Assembly: GCA_964468725.1 (NCBI GenBank)
Contig: CAYXVU010000003.1
Span: 3,681 to 67,680, forward strand
Source of the DNA: an uncultured Clostridia bacterium
GTDB lineage: Bacteria; Acidobacteriota; Blastocatellia; UBA7656
DNA length: 64,000 bases
Reading direction: 5' to 3'
Within the stretch, counting starts at the first letter, position 1. Every line of letters starts with the position of its first letter. Both the position numbers and the translations under genes were made by a program. This document shows, piece by piece, positions 8,048-19,211 of this stretch. The notes below the pieces were generated by a model, which worked only from the letters and a program-made list of their open reading frames with translations, was not told where the DNA came from and made no database searches.

Positions 8048-9960
8048 TGGCGGCACTGAAGACAGATGTTCCAGGCAGCACCTATCATCAAGACTTGATC
8101 GCTTGTCAGGTCGCTTGTCCTGTGCATACCGATGCCCGCGGTTATGTGCGCGCCATTGCCGAAGGGCGGTTTGAAGAAGCCTATCTCATCGCGCGTGGCC
8201 CGAATCCCTTTGCTTCGATCTGCGGACGCATCTGCGGCGCACCCTGCGAAGCGGCCTGCCGTCGCGGCAAAGTGCCGCGCGTTGATGATGATGGCAATTT
8301 TGTTGCGCAGGATCGCCCCATTGCCATTCGAGCGCTCAAGCGGTTCGCCTGCGAGCAAGCTGGCCCCGAAGCCCGACCCGCAGATGCCATTTTGCGTGCC
8401 GTACAATCCTTCACCCCGCCGATAGCAGCTTATCCTGAAGAGATGGCAGCGTTGTTGCGCGCCGCCATCGAAGGGAGATTGATTCCAGCCGCAGGCGAAC
8501 GCGTCGCTATCATTGGCGCAGGTCCGGCGGGGCTTTCCGCGGCGCACGATTTAGCCCTGTTAGGCTGCAAACCAGTAGTGTTTGAAAGCGAGCCGGTGGC
8601 CGCAGGTATGCTGGCTGTCGGGGTTCCTGCCTATCGCCTGCCGCGCGAATTGATTGCCCAAGAGATTGCTGTGATCGAAGCCCTCGGCGTCGAGATTCGC
8701 TGTGGGGTAACGATTGGCAAAGAGATTTCATTTGCCGATTTGCGCAGAGATTTCGCTGCCGTGCTGATTGCTGTGGGAGCGAAAGCTTCACGGAGTTTGG
8801 GGCTCGAAGGCGAACATGGGCCGCGCGTTTATGGCGGCGTTGATTTGCTGCGCGCTGTGGCGCTCGGCGAAGCCCTCGACATCGGCCAAGATGTAGTTGT
8901 CATCGGTGGCGGCAACGTTGCCTACGACGTTGCTCGCACCATTGTTCGCCAGATCGCCTATGATGCAGCGCGCACGGCGGCGCGCTTGCCTGCAACCGCC
9001 CGCGTGCGATTGATCTCATTGGAAAGCCTCGAAGAGATGCCCGCCGACACTTTGGAAATCCTGGAAGGCGATGAAGAGGGAATCGAACGCCACAACGGTT
9101 GGGGGCCGGTGCGGATTCAACGCGATGCACAGGGTAACGTGACCGGCGTCATCTTTCGCCAATGCGTTCGCGTTTACGATGAAGCGAGACGCTTCGCGCC
9201 GGTCTTCGATGATCGGGTCACGCAGAACTTGCCTTGTGACACTGTGCTGCTTTCGGTCGGTCAAGCGCCCGCCCTCTCCTTTCTCGAAGAGGGTGGCAGC
9301 GACCTTGAGATGATGCGTCCCGGGTGGCCGAAGGTTGATCCGACAACTTTGGCCACGACGGCAGAGGGGGTGTTTGTCGCGGGCGATTTGGCGCACGGGA
9401 CGCGATTGCTGATTGATGCCGTCGCTTCCGGCAAAGCGGCGGCGCGCTCGATCTATCAATTCCTTACAGGTCGCACGCTGCATGCAGAAGCCGTGACCGC
9501 GCATGCGGTTTTGCCCCACTACAGACGCGAGCGCGGCTACGAGGCGATTCGCCGCGTCGCCGTTCCAGTTATCTCGCCGGAATCACGCCTCGAACATCCT
9601 GATTTGGTGGTCGAACGAGGATACAGCCGCGAGGAAGCGCAACGCGAAGCCTCGCGTTGTCTCGATTGCGGCGTCACGCCGGTCTTCGATGGCAGCCGTT
9701 GTGTGTTGTGCGGCGGGTGCGCGGATGTTTGCCCGACCGAATGTTTGAAACTGGTTGCCCTCAGCGATCTGGATTTGACCGGAGAGTTGACCGCTGCGGT
9801 TGAAAACACGTTCGGCGCGGAGGTGGATCTATCAGAGCATTCGGCCATTCTCAAAGATGAAGATCGTTGCATTCGTTGCGCCTTGTGTGTGCAACGCTGC
9901 CCGGTTGAAGCCATCGCGATGGAGAGGGTGACATTCACCAGTGTTTGGAGGTCGCAATGA
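8044..9960 (+). CDS. GltD-like (glutamate synthase small-subunit family) FAD/NAD(P)H oxidoreductase fused to a C-terminal 2x[4Fe-4S] ferredoxin domain
   Basis: GltD-type N-terminal Fe-S region (CQVACPVHTD...CGRICGAPCEAAC). Rossmann motif VAIIGAGPAGLSAA. Two CxxCxxCxxxCP motifs at the C-terminus. There is an alternative GTG start at 8035. Confidence 0.75.
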   Translation: MMAALKTDVPGSTYHQDLIACQVACPVHTDARGYVRAIAEGRFEEAYLIARGPNPFASICGRICGAPCEAACRRGKVPRVDDDGNFVAQDRPIAIRALKRFACEQAGPEARPADAILRAVQSFTPPIAAYPEEMAALLRAAIEGRLIPAAGERVAIIGAGPAGLSAAHDLALLGCKPVVFESEPVAAGMLAVGVPAYRLPRELIAQEIAVIEALGVEIRCGVTIGKEISFADLRRDFAAVLIAVGAKASRSLGLEGEHGPRVYGGVDLLRAVALGEALDIGQDVVVIGGGNVAYDVARTIVRQIAYDAARTAARLPATARVRLISLESLEEMPADTLEILEGDEEGIERHNGWGPVRIQRDAQGNVTGVIFRQCVRVYDEARRFAPVFDDRVTQNLPCDTVLLSVGQAPALSFLEEGGSDLEMMRPGWPKVDPTTLATTAEGVFVAGDLAHGTRLLIDAVASGKAAARSIYQFLTGRTLHAEAVTAHAVLPHYRRERGYEAIRRVAVPVISPESRLEHPDLVVERGYSREEAQREASRCLDCGVTPVFDGSRCVLCGGCADVCPTECLKLVALSDLDLTGELTAAVENTFGAEVDLSEHSAILKDEDRCIRCALCVQRCPVEAIAMERVTFTSVWRSQ

Positions 9961-10442
9961 CAACCAAAGCCAGTCCCGAACAATCACGACTCGACCCGGA
10001 GCCGATGCCGCGCAGAGATTTCCTCGGACTCTCGGCACTACTGGCGGCGGCTTCGTCCATGCTGTTTGCCGTCTTTGGCATGTTGCGATTGCCGAAGGCG
10101 GCAGTCCTGGCATCGCCTTCGAAAAAGTTCAGCGTGACGCTGCCCGATGCGCTCGCGCCGAACGAGCCATTCGTTCCGGCTGGCCGCGCCGTCGCGCTGT
10201 TCAAAGATGATGAAGGCGTCTATGCCCTCTCGACCATCTGCACCCATCTCGGATGCGTCGTGAAACCATCGCCGGAAGGATTCGAATGCCCATGTCATGG
10301 CTCAGGCTTTGCTCTAAACGGAGCCGTGACAAAAGGGCCAGCGCCGCGCGCTCTGCCTTGGCTGAAGGTCAGCAACTCAGGCAACGGCTGGGTGGTGGAT
10401 GAAGGCACGACCGTGCCTGCTGGTTCAAAGGTGAAAGCATGA
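9957..10442 (+). CDS. Rieske [2Fe-2S] protein with twin-arginine signal (RRDFLG)
   Basis: Rieske boxes CTHLGC and CPCHGS. Tat motif at the N-terminus. ATGA overlap with the upstream gene; a TTG start at 9945 is also possible. Confidence 0.85.
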   Translation: MTTKASPEQSRLDPEPMPRRDFLGLSALLAAASSMLFAVFGMLRLPKAAVLASPSKKFSVTLPDALAPNEPFVPAGRAVALFKDDEGVYALSTICTHLGCVVKPSPEGFECPCHGSGFALNGAVTKGPAPRALPWLKVSNSGNGWVVDEGTTVPAGSKVKA

Positions 10443-11992
10443 AGAGCATCGCGCCAACCGATTCGGCTCTGCGAGAGTTTTGGGAGAATCTGCGCGCCGC
10501 GCCGCGCCGCCTCTATGATTCGGCCTTTCGCGGCGGCGTACCCAAGACGGATCGCACCCGCTCGACATTTGTCTTCGGCAACGTCTTCTTACACCTGCAT
10601 GCGGTGCGCGTGCATCGTTGGAGCTTGCGATGGACGACGACGGCGGGACTCGGCATTGCCAGCACCGCAGCCTTTGTCGTCACGCTGGTGACCGGCGTGC
10701 TGTTGATGTTCTATTACAAGCCCTACCCCGAAGCCGCCTACGATTCGATCAAAGATATTCACTTCGTTGTGCCGACCGGACGCTTCATTCGCAACATTCA
10801 TCGTTGGGCGGCAAACGTCATGGTCGTCGCCGTCATTTTGCATATGGCGAGGGCGTTTTATACGGCTTCGTATCGCAAGCCGCGCGAGTTCAATTGGCTG
10901 GTTGGTTGGGGGTTGCTGGTTACGACGCTCGGACTCTCGTTTACGGGATACCTGCTGCCGTGGGATCAACTGGCCTATTGGGCGATTACTATCGGCGCGA
11001 ATATCGCGCAATCGCCGCGTGAAATCACCGACGCCATTGGCATCACCGAAGCCTTCGACCCCGGCGGATTGCAACGCCTCTTGTTGCTCGGCTCCGATAC
11101 GGTAGGCGATGAAGCGTTGATTCGCTTCTATCTGCTACACGTCATGATTTTGCCGTTGATCTTGACGATGTTGATGGCCGTACACTTCTGGCGCATTCGC
11201 AAAGACGGAGGCATTGCGCGGCCTGCCGATGCCGATGCGCGACTATCGCCGCCGGAGAAAGCGACCTATCCGGTATTCACCGAAGCGCCGACAAAGACGT
11301 ATCATCTGGCCGCCATCGTGCGCGGCAAGACATCTGCCGTCGGCAATTCGCCGGAGAACACCGTGCCCTCCATGCCGCATCTGTTTTATGCCGAGTTGGC
11401 CGTCCTGATGATTACCATTTTGATCTGTCTGGCGCTGGCCATCATGGTGGATGCGCCGCTCAAAGAGCTAGCAAACCCTGCGGTTCCGGAAAATCCTGCG
11501 AAAGCGCCTTGGTACTTTCTCGGATTGCAAGAGATGGTTTCGTTCTCCGCTTTTATGGGCGGCATCGGCATTCCGACCATCGTGCTGGTCGGTTTGGGAT
11601 TGATTCCGTTTCTCGACCGTGAATCGTCCGGTACGGGCGAATGGTTCGGCGGGCCGGGCGGTTGGTCATTGGTGAAGCGATCAATCGGGGTTGGCCTGAT
11701 TGCCGCTTTGGTCGTCGAAGCCATCGCCATTCGCTTCGGTTGGATACGGGAATGGTTTCCCAACGCGCCGCAGTTGCTTATCACCTTTATCAATCCCGGA
11801 ACCGTTCTGACCTTGATCTACGCGGCGTACTCGGTATGGTGCGTGCGCCGCTATAACTCGACGCGGGCGGGGGCATTGGGATTGTTCACCTGTTTCCTTT
11901 GCGGATTTTTGTTGCTGACCATCATCGGCACCTATTTTCGCGGGCCGAACTGGGTCTTTTACTGGTCGCCCGCTCAATGGCCGGGGCATTAA
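10439..11992 (+). CDS. Cytochrome b (long form; b6 plus subunit-IV-like fusion) of a Rieske/cyt b complex
   Basis: 517 aa, multi-TM. It has conserved haem-ligand histidines in NIHRWAANVMVVAVILHMARAF and LLHVMILP...HFWRIRK. ATGA overlap with the Rieske gene. Confidence 0.85.
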   Translation: MKSIAPTDSALREFWENLRAAPRRLYDSAFRGGVPKTDRTRSTFVFGNVFLHLHAVRVHRWSLRWTTTAGLGIASTAAFVVTLVTGVLLMFYYKPYPEAAYDSIKDIHFVVPTGRFIRNIHRWAANVMVVAVILHMARAFYTASYRKPREFNWLVGWGLLVTTLGLSFTGYLLPWDQLAYWAITIGANIAQSPREITDAIGITEAFDPGGLQRLLLLGSDTVGDEALIRFYLLHVMILPLILTMLMAVHFWRIRKDGGIARPADADARLSPPEKATYPVFTEAPTKTYHLAAIVRGKTSAVGNSPENTVPSMPHLFYAELAVLMITILICLALAIMVDAPLKELANPAVPENPAKAPWYFLGLQEMVSFSAFMGGIGIPTIVLVGLGLIPFLDRESSGTGEWFGGPGGWSLVKRSIGVGLIAALVVEAIAIRFGWIREWFPNAPQLLITFINPGTVLTLIYAAYSVWCVRRYNSTRAGALGLFTCFLCGFLLLTIIGTYFRGPNWVFYWSPAQWPGH

Positions 11993-11996
11993 GGCG

Positions 11997-13652
11997 ATGA
12001 ACAAGAGCAAACATTTACTCTTATGGTCGAGCATTGGCGTGCTGACGCTGCTTATCGTTGCCGCTGTGGATGAGAACTATTGGAAAGAGTGGCGGCGCAT
12101 TCAAAAAGCGACGCGTTCGGCAGAAGGCGCGATTGATGTGCGCTTGCGGCAAGTCATCAATCCCGGACTCGCAATCTCTGACCGCTGCGTTTCGTGTCAC
12201 GTTGGGATGTCGCCGGGAGAGCAAGATATATTCGGCGCCTCAGTCGTTGCGCCGCACAAACCCGTCGTGCATCAACCAACCGAGATGGGTTGCACCATCT
12301 GTCATGGCGGGCAGGGACGCGCGACGGACAAAGCCGATGCGCACGGCGCTGTGCGATTTTGGCCGCAGCCGATGTTGCCGACAAAATACAGCTATGCGGG
12401 ATGTGGAACCTGCCACACCCCTCTACATATCCCCAGTCGGGTGGCGCTTGAGAAAGGGCGCAGCGCATTCGAGCGATTGGATTGTTACGCCTGCCATCGG
12501 TTGGACGGACGCGGCGGCACGCTGCGCCCTGGCGGCGGCGGGATGGAAGGCCCGGATTTATCGCATGTCGGACTGAAAGGCTTTGATGCGGGCTGGTATG
12601 ACAAACACCTGAAGAGTTACGAAGGCGCAACCGCCGGAACCTGGCGCGATGCGTTCGGGCCGATTGATGAAAGCGAGCGTCAAGCGCTGAGTCTTTTTCT
12701 CTCTTCGCGCATCGGCGCGCCGCGACTGATCGAAGCCAAGGCGCTGTTCAACTCGGTCGGCTGTTTGGGCTGTCATAAAGTGGGTGGTACGGGTGGCGAT
12801 GCCGGACCCGATCTGTCGCGCAGCGGCGAACGCGACCCCGGCCAACTCAATTTCACGTCGGTCAAAGGCGAACATACGTTATCGAATTGGTTGGCGGAAC
12901 ACTTTCGCTCGCCGGTCGCCACCGTACAAGGGTCGCAAATGCCGATGCTCGGGTTGACGGAATCCGAGATTGACTTGTTGACCCTGTACACGTTGTCGCT
13001 GCGGCGCAGAGAGCTGCCGAGCGTCTATCTGCCAAAAGATCGCGTGCAGGCGATGCGGTTTGGCGAGCGCGAATTTGCTACTGATGGGGCGACCGTCTTC
13101 AGCGCCATCTGCGCGGGCTGTCACGGTCGCGATGGCAAAGGCATACGCTACCCCGGCGTGCCACCCTTTCCTTCGATCATCAATCCCGATTTTTTAGAGC
13201 TTGCTTCCGATGAATTTATCGTGCAGACGATTACCAAAGGTCGCTCCGGTCGCAAGATGTTAGCGTGGGGCGAAAAAGAGGGTGGCCTGCGCCCCGACGA
13301 GATCAGAGCCGTTGTCGGGTATTTGCGACAAGCCGCAGGCAACATCGCAGCCAAACCGGAGACCGAGCCGCCGCGTTGGGTCAGAGGGGATGTGAAGTTG
13401 GGCAGCCGCCTGTTTACCGCCAACTGTGCGGGGTGTCACGGACAGAGAGGTGAAGGCGGCGAAGGCCCTGCGCTCAATAACAAAACCCTGCTCGGTTTTG
13501 CCACAGATCGCTTCTTGGTTGACACCATCAGTCGCGGGCGCAGAGGAACAGCGATGCAGAGTTTTCTCACTCCTTCGCCGGTTCGCGCTGCGCTCACGCC
13601 ATCGGAGATCGAAACCATCGTCGCGTTCATCCGCACTTGGGAGGGTAAGTAG
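11997..13652 (+). CDS. Membrane-anchored heptaheme cytochrome c (N-terminal tetrahaem module plus three class-I monohaem domains)
   Basis: Seven CxxCH motifs (CVSCH, CTICH, CGTCH, CYACH, CLGCH, CAGCH, CAGCH). N-terminal TM helix. It starts 5 nt after the cytochrome b stop. Confidence 0.8.
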   Translation: MNKSKHLLLWSSIGVLTLLIVAAVDENYWKEWRRIQKATRSAEGAIDVRLRQVINPGLAISDRCVSCHVGMSPGEQDIFGASVVAPHKPVVHQPTEMGCTICHGGQGRATDKADAHGAVRFWPQPMLPTKYSYAGCGTCHTPLHIPSRVALEKGRSAFERLDCYACHRLDGRGGTLRPGGGGMEGPDLSHVGLKGFDAGWYDKHLKSYEGATAGTWRDAFGPIDESERQALSLFLSSRIGAPRLIEAKALFNSVGCLGCHKVGGTGGDAGPDLSRSGERDPGQLNFTSVKGEHTLSNWLAEHFRSPVATVQGSQMPMLGLTESEIDLLTLYTLSLRRRELPSVYLPKDRVQAMRFGEREFATDGATVFSAICAGCHGRDGKGIRYPGVPPFPSIINPDFLELASDEFIVQTITKGRSGRKMLAWGEKEGGLRPDEIRAVVGYLRQAAGNIAAKPETEPPRWVRGDVKLGSRLFTANCAGCHGQRGEGGEGPALNNKTLLGFATDRFLVDTISRGRRGTAMQSFLTPSPVRAALTPSEIETIVAFIRTWEGK

Positions 13653-13656
13653 AGTT

Positions 13657-16600
13657 ATGAAAAGAGAGATGTCACGGCGCGAATTTTTTGAACGAGTTTC
13701 AGCGGCAGGATTTGGCGCGCTCCTCGCTTCTTCGAGCCAAGCGTGGGCGCTGGAGGCCATCAGCAACCCGCTGGCGGTCTATCCGGATCGCGGTTGGGAG
13801 CGCGTCTACCGCGACCTGTGGAAATACGATTCGAAGTTCACCTTTACCTGCGCTCCCAACGATACGCACAACTGCTTGCTCAATGCCTATGTGCGTTCCG
13901 GTGTGGTAACGCGCATTGGCCCGACGATGCGCTACGGCGAAGCGACAGACCTCAACGGCAATGGCGCGACGCATCGTTGGGACCCGCGCATCTGTCAAAA
14001 AGGGCTGGCATTGACGCGACGGTTTTACGGAGATCGGCGCGTCAACGGCTGCATGGTGCGCGCCGGATTCAAACGTTGGTACGAAGAGAAGTTTCCGCGC
14101 GGCAACGATGGCCGCCCGCCGAGCGAATACTTTCAACGCGCCCGCGATGAATGGGTGCGAGTGTCGCACGACGAAGCCGCCACTATCGTTGCCGCCGCCT
14201 TGAAAAACATTGCCGAAACCTACAGCGGCGAAGAGGGCAAAAAACGGCTCAAAGCGCAGCATTACGATGAAGCGACCATCGAAGCGACGCAGGGGGCAGG
14301 CACTCAGGTCTTGAAGTTTCGCGGCGGCATGCCCCTGCTCGGCATTACACGGGTCTTCGGTATGTATCGCTTTGCCAATTCGATGGCGTTATTGGATTCG
14401 GCGATTCGCGGCGTCGAACCGGATAAAGCCATCGGCGGCAAAGGCTTCGACAATTATTCGTGGCACACAGACCTGCCGCCCGGCCATCCGATGGTGACCG
14501 GACAACAGACGGTTGAGTTCGATCTCTCTGCTGTCGAGCATGCCAAAACGGTCGTTGTCTGGGGCATGAATTGGATTACCACCAAGATGCCCGATTCGCA
14601 TTGGCTCACCGAAGCGCGGCTCAAAGGCACGCGGGTCATCGTCATCGCCTGCGAATACTCGGCGACGGCCAGCAAAGGCGATGATGTTTTAGTCGTCAGA
14701 CCCGGCACGACGCCCGCGCTCGCGCTCGGCTTTGCTAACGTAATTCTGCGAGAGAATCTCTATAACAAGGACTATGTGCGCCAGTGGACGGACTTGCCGA
14801 TTCTGGTTCGCACCGACACCTTGAAGTACCTGCGCGCCGAAGAAGTCTTCGGGCAGCGACCCGGTGCGTTGCAAGCGACTCGCGTCCTCAAAGAGGGCGA
14901 GAGGGAGCCGCCCGCCGCGCAACAAAAAGAGAGCATCATCACCGAAAAGCTGCGCTTGGAGTGGGGCGATTTTCTCTGGTGGGATCGCGCCAGCAACACG
15001 CCGAAGCTATTGACTCGCGATGAAGTTGGGAAGAATTCAAAAATCGGTGATGCCCTGTTGGAAGGCGCGGTTGAGGTGACGCTGGCAAACGGCGAGAAGG
15101 TTCGCTGTCGTCCGGTCTTCGATTTGGTGAAAGAGTATGCGGCGCATTTCGACCCGCAAACGGTCGAAGAGATTACCTGGGCACCGGCTGCCGCAGTCGA
15201 AGCTCTGGCGCGCGACTTTGCTAAAGAGCCGGGAACGACGCTTTTTGCCGTCGGCATGGGGCCGAATCAATTCTTTAACAACGACAACAAAGACCGCGAT
15301 ATTTTCCTGCTCGCGGCCTTGACCGGCAACGTCGGAAAGATCGGCGGCAACGTCGGGTCGTTTGCGGGGAATTATCGCGTTGCTCTCTTCAACGGCTCGC
15401 CTCAGTACATCAACGAAAACCCGTTCGACATTGAACTCGATCCGGCCAAACCCGCCCGCCCGCGTCAGTATTGGCGCGCGGAGTCGGCGCACTATTACAA
15501 CCACGAAGATCATCCGCTCCGCGTCGGCAACAAACTCTTAACCGGCGCGACCCACATTCCTGCGCCGACCAAGTCTTTGTGGTTTGCCAACGCCAATTCG
15601 ATACTCGGCAATGTTAAGTGGCACTACAACTCGGTGGTCAATGTGCTGCCGCGCTTCGAGATGATCGCCGTTCAAGAGTGGTGGTGGTCTACATCGTGCG
15701 AGTGGGCTGATGTCGTCTTCGGGGTGGATACGTGGGCGGAGTTGAAACACCCGGATATGACCGCATCGGTGACCAATCCGTTTTTGATTCTCTTCCCGCG
15801 CACTCCGCTGGCGCGCATCTTCAACACGATTGGCGACATAGAAGTGCTGGCGTTGGTCTCCGCGAAGATGGCCGAATTGACCGGCGACAATCGCTTTAAT
15901 GATTACTGGAAATTTGTGCGCGAGAATCGCACGGATGTCTATTTGCAACGGGTGCTCGATGCTTCGACCAACACGAAGGGGTACAAGTTTCACGAACTCG
16001 AAGCGAAAGCTCTCGAAGGCATTCCGGCGCTGATGAATTCGCGCACCACGCCGAAGGCCGTCGGCTACGATCAAGTCACCGATTCGACGCCTTGGTACAC
16101 CAAAAGCGGCAGGTTGGAGTTTTACCGCGAAGAGAACGAGTTCATCGAAGCGGGCGAAAATCTGCCGGTGCATCGAGAGCCGGTGGATTCGACTTTCTAT
16201 GAGCCAAACGTGATTATCGCGCCGCCTCACGAAGCGATTCGTCCGGCGGGGCCGGAAAGCTACGGTGTGAAACGCGACGATCTATCGTGCGAAACACGTT
16301 GCGGGCGCAATGTTGTGCTGACCTGGGAAGAGACGAAAAAGTCGGCGCACCCGCTCATCAAACAAGGCTACAAGTTTATCTTTCACACGCCGAAGTACCG
16401 GCACGGTTCGCACACGACGCCGATTGATACCGATATGGTTGCAGTGTTGTTTGGGCCTTTTGGCGACATCTATCGTCACGACAAGCGCAGCCCCTTTGTC
16501 ACCGAAGGCTATGTGGACATCAATCCCGCCGATGCGCGCGAATTGGGAGTGCACGATGGCGATTACGTTTGGGTTGACCCTGACCCGGAGGATCGCCCAT

Positions 16601-17100
16601 TTCGCGGTTGGCAAAATAACCAACGCGATTACGAATTCGCCCGCTTATTGTGTCGGGCGCGCTATTACCCCGGCACGCCGCGCGGCGTGACGCGCATGTG
16701 GTTCAACATGTACGGGGCAACGCCGGGGTCGCAACAGGGGCAACGCGAGCGCAAAGATGGACTCGCTAAAAACCCGCGCACGAACTATCAAGCGATGTTT
16801 CGTTCGGGTTCGCATCAATCGGCGACGCGCGGCTGGCTGAAGCCGACCTGGATGACCGATTCGCTGGTCAGAAAAGGACTCTTCGGGCAGGGGATTGGCA
16901 AAGGCTTTTTGCCCGATGTGCATTGCCCGACCGGCGCGCCGCGCGAAGCGATTGTCAAGATCAGCCGCGCCGAGCCGGGCGGCATTGAGGGCAAAGGGTT
17001 GTGGCGTCCCGCAGAACTTGGCATCCGACCCAATTACGAATCGCAAGAGATGCAGAGATACCTCGCCGGTCAATTCATCAGTGACGGAAAGGAGAAATAG
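13657..17100 (+). CDS. Tat-exported molybdopterin oxidoreductase catalytic (alpha) subunit, type II DMSO reductase family (periplasmic NarG/NxrA-like)
   Basis: 1147 aa, counted from the [11 protein letters not shown] start; this is the correct reading frame of the longer ORF listed in the track. It has an SRREFF twin-arginine signal, an N-terminal C-X3-D-X3-C-X39-C cluster motif, and a Nar/Nxr-like length. It is followed directly by its beta subunit. Confidence 0.8.
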   Translation: MKREMSRREFFERVSAAGFGALLASSSQAWALEAISNPLAVYPDRGWERVYRDLWKYDSKFTFTCAPNDTHNCLLNAYVRSGVVTRIGPTMRYGEATDLNGNGATHRWDPRICQKGLALTRRFYGDRRVNGCMVRAGFKRWYEEKFPRGNDGRPPSEYFQRARDEWVRVSHDEAATIVAAALKNIAETYSGEEGKKRLKAQHYDEATIEATQGAGTQVLKFRGGMPLLGITRVFGMYRFANSMALLDSAIRGVEPDKAIGGKGFDNYSWHTDLPPGHPMVTGQQTVEFDLSAVEHAKTVVVWGMNWITTKMPDSHWLTEARLKGTRVIVIACEYSATASKGDDVLVVRPGTTPALALGFANVILRENLYNKDYVRQWTDLPILVRTDTLKYLRAEEVFGQRPGALQATRVLKEGEREPPAAQQKESIITEKLRLEWGDFLWWDRASNTPKLLTRDEVGKNSKIGDALLEGAVEVTLANGEKVRCRPVFDLVKEYAAHFDPQTVEEITWAPAAAVEALARDFAKEPGTTLFAVGMGPNQFFNNDNKDRDIFLLAALTGNVGKIGGNVGSFAGNYRVALFNGSPQYINENPFDIELDPAKPARPRQYWRAESAHYYNHEDHPLRVGNKLLTGATHIPAPTKSLWFANANSILGNVKWHYNSVVNVLPRFEMIAVQEWWWSTSCEWADVVFGVDTWAELKHPDMTASVTNPFLILFPRTPLARIFNTIGDIEVLALVSAKMAELTGDNRFNDYWKFVRENRTDVYLQRVLDASTNTKGYKFHELEAKALEGIPALMNSRTTPKAVGYDQVTDSTPWYTKSGRLEFYREENEFIEAGENLPVHREPVDSTFYEPNVIIAPPHEAIRPAGPESYGVKRDDLSCETRCGRNVVLTWEETKKSAHPLIKQGYKFIFHTPKYRHGSHTTPIDTDMVAVLFGPFGDIYRHDKRSPFVTEGYVDINPADARELGVHDGDYVWVDPDPEDRPFRGWQNNQRDYEFARLLCRARYYPGTPRGVTRMWFNMYGATPGSQQGQRERKDGLAKNPRTNYQAMFRSGSHQSATRGWLKPTWMTDSLVRKGLFGQGIGKGFLPDVHCPTGAPREAIVKISRAEPGGIEGKGLWRPAELGIRPNYESQEMQRYLAGQFISDGKEK

Positions 17101-17102
17101 CT

Positions 17103-18254
17103 ATGGCTCGCGTTTACAACTGGCAACTCGGAAGGCAGATGTCCTACTGGTATCCTGAAAGTCGCCCGCAAAAACAGTTCGCGGCGGTCTTTGACATCAA
17201 TAAATGCATCGCGTGTCAAACCTGCACTTTGGCCTGCAAGACGACGTGGACATCAGGGCAAGGGCAAGAGTACATGCTTTGGAACAACGTCGAGACCAAA
17301 CCTTATGGCTTCTATCCGTTGGCCTGGGATTTGAAACTTCTCGAAAAACTTGAAGGGCAGAATTGGGCGACCGGCGAATACGAAGGACGCCCGACTCACA
17401 CCTACGAAGGGCGCACCATCTTTGAAGCCGCCCCGCCCGGCGAGCGCGTTTTAGGATGGAGGCCGGAAGATCAAGACTACGCCTATCCCAACGTCGGCGA
17501 AGACGATTGCGCGGGGCAGATCGAACATGGCGCGAGTTTGCAAGTGCCGCATATGAACTGGTTTTTCTATCTGGCGCGCATTTGCAATCACTGCACCTAT
17601 CCTGCCTGTCTATCATCCTGTCCACGCGGGTCAATCTATAAACGACCGGAAGATGGCATTGTATTGCTCGATCAAGGCCGCTGTCGCGGCTATCAGGAAT
17701 GCGTCAAAGCCTGCCCGTACAAGAAGGTCTTCTTCAATGCGCTGACCGGCACATCGGAAAAATGCATCGCCTGTTTTCCGAAGATTGAACAGGGGTTGCA
17801 ACCGCAATGCTTCGTCAACTGCATCGGCAAGATTCGCTTGGCAGGTTGGATTTCGCCTCCCGATAAAGCCAAAGCCGATAACCCGATAGACTATCTTGTA
17901 CACATTCGCAAAATCGCATTGCCGCTCTTTCCGCAATTCGGCTTGGAACCGAACGTCTATTACATCCCGCCGATTCACGCGCCCGCATCGTTTCTGCGGC
18001 AGATGTTCGGGCCGGGCGCAGAAGAGGCTGTGAAGACTTACCGACAAGCCGCACAAGACCCGGAACTCTCCGGCCTGCTCGGACTCTTTGGCTCGACGGA
18101 GATGGTGATACCCAAATGGCGGCGGCAAGGTGATCGAGTGATTGGCATAACCGAATCGGGCGCGGAGGCCGTGCGAGTGCCGCTGCGGGAGCCGATTCAG
18201 ATTCGCCCGGCCTACGATCAGTTGTACCAGATTTCGCGGGTGAATTGCCCGTGA
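17103..18254 (+). CDS. Iron-sulfur beta subunit (NarH/NxrB-like, four Fe-S cluster motifs) of the type II DMSOR enzyme
   Basis: [38 protein letters not shown] and [11 protein letters not shown]...C. Good RBS. It starts 3 nt after the alpha subunit stop. Confidence 0.8.
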   Translation: MARVYNWQLGRQMSYWYPESRPQKQFAAVFDINKCIACQTCTLACKTTWTSGQGQEYMLWNNVETKPYGFYPLAWDLKLLEKLEGQNWATGEYEGRPTHTYEGRTIFEAAPPGERVLGWRPEDQDYAYPNVGEDDCAGQIEHGASLQVPHMNWFFYLARICNHCTYPACLSSCPRGSIYKRPEDGIVLLDQGRCRGYQECVKACPYKKVFFNALTGTSEKCIACFPKIEQGLQPQCFVNCIGKIRLAGWISPPDKAKADNPIDYLVHIRKIALPLFPQFGLEPNVYYIPPIHAPASFLRQMFGPGAEEAVKTYRQAAQDPELSGLLGLFGSTEMVIPKWRRQGDRVIGITESGAEAVRVPLREPIQIRPAYDQLYQISRVNCP

Positions 18255-18351
18255 GGGCATGAAAGCTGAGATAGGAGAATCGGCGCAAAGGTTCAACCAG
18301 ATTTGCGGACGGTTCACAGAGTCGCATCCGCGAAGCGAAGAAGGAGGCTGT

Positions 18352-19206
18352 ATGCGGACACCACTTCGATATATTGCAGGGGTGATGATCTTCAGTTTGG
18401 TGATGAGTTGGGGGTGTCGTCGGGCGACGGTTTTGACTCCCGAAGTCGTTGCGGTTACGGCCAAGCAACTACCAACCGACCCCGGCGACCCGGCGTGGGA
18501 TAAGGTCTCTGAGCATGTGGCCAAGTTGGTGCTGCAAGATTTGGTCGAGCCGCGCTTGATGGAGGCTTCGACGCCGGAAGTTCACGTCCGCGCCATAACC
18601 GACGGCACGGAGGTTGCCTTTCGATTGCAGTGGGCAGACCCGACGATCAATGATGCGCCCGGCCCAATGCATTTTCTCGATGCCTGCGCGGTTCAGGTGC
18701 CTTCGAAGGTCGAAGCGAATGTACCCGCGCCGCAGATGGGCGAAGCGGGCAAGCCCGTCGAAATCGCCTTTTGGCGTGCCGATTGGCAAGCTTCGGTTGA
18801 CGGGCGCGAAGACTCGATCAACGCCTTGCACCCCAATGCTTCGGTGGATCATTACCCTTACAACGCACAGTCATTAGAGAAAGGTTCGGAAGCGCAGCAA
18901 GAGATGGCGAAACGGTACGCTCCGGCCAGCGCGGTTGGCAATCGCCGCGTCGGCCCGCGCAACACGCCGGTTGAAGACTTAATTGCCGAAGGGCCGGGCA
19001 CGCTCTCCCCCGCGCCGCAATCGCTGTCAAAAGGGCGCGGCGCGCATGGGCAGGATGGTTGGTCGGTCGTCATTATTCGTCATTTGCCCAATGATTGGAC
19101 GCCGCAGACGCGCTCGCAGATTGCGTTTGCCGTGTGGGAAGGAAATCATCAAGAGGCTGGCGCACGCAAGATGCGAACGGGATGGATTCCGTTGTTGATG
19201 AGGTGA
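18352..19206 (+). CDS. Putative gamma subunit (ethylbenzene-dehydrogenase-gamma / NxrC-like haem b domain) with signal peptide or lipobox
   Basis: Strong RBS AAGGAGG before the ATG at 18352. Signal peptide with ...LVMSWGC. Its size and position match EB_dh-type gamma subunits. No CxxCH is present, which is consistent with haem b. Family assignment is by architecture only. Confidence 0.5.
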   Translation: MRTPLRYIAGVMIFSLVMSWGCRRATVLTPEVVAVTAKQLPTDPGDPAWDKVSEHVAKLVLQDLVEPRLMEASTPEVHVRAITDGTEVAFRLQWADPTINDAPGPMHFLDACAVQVPSKVEANVPAPQMGEAGKPVEIAFWRADWQASVDGREDSINALHPNASVDHYPYNAQSLEKGSEAQQEMAKRYAPASAVGNRRVGPRNTPVEDLIAEGPGTLSPAPQSLSKGRGAHGQDGWSVVIIRHLPNDWTPQTRSQIAFAVWEGNHQEAGARKMRTGWIPLLMR

Positions 19207-19211
19207 GCAAG

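Noticed and set aside
9016-9519. 167-aa ORF antisense to the GltD-like gene
   Set aside because: Arg/Gly-rich, with no motifs. It lies entirely inside a well-supported coding gene on the other strand. It is a typical GC-rich shadow ORF.
14772-16230. Several 150-230-aa antisense ORFs inside the alpha-subunit gene
   Set aside because: They are shadow ORFs of a 1147-aa conserved molybdoenzyme, with no start context or motifs.
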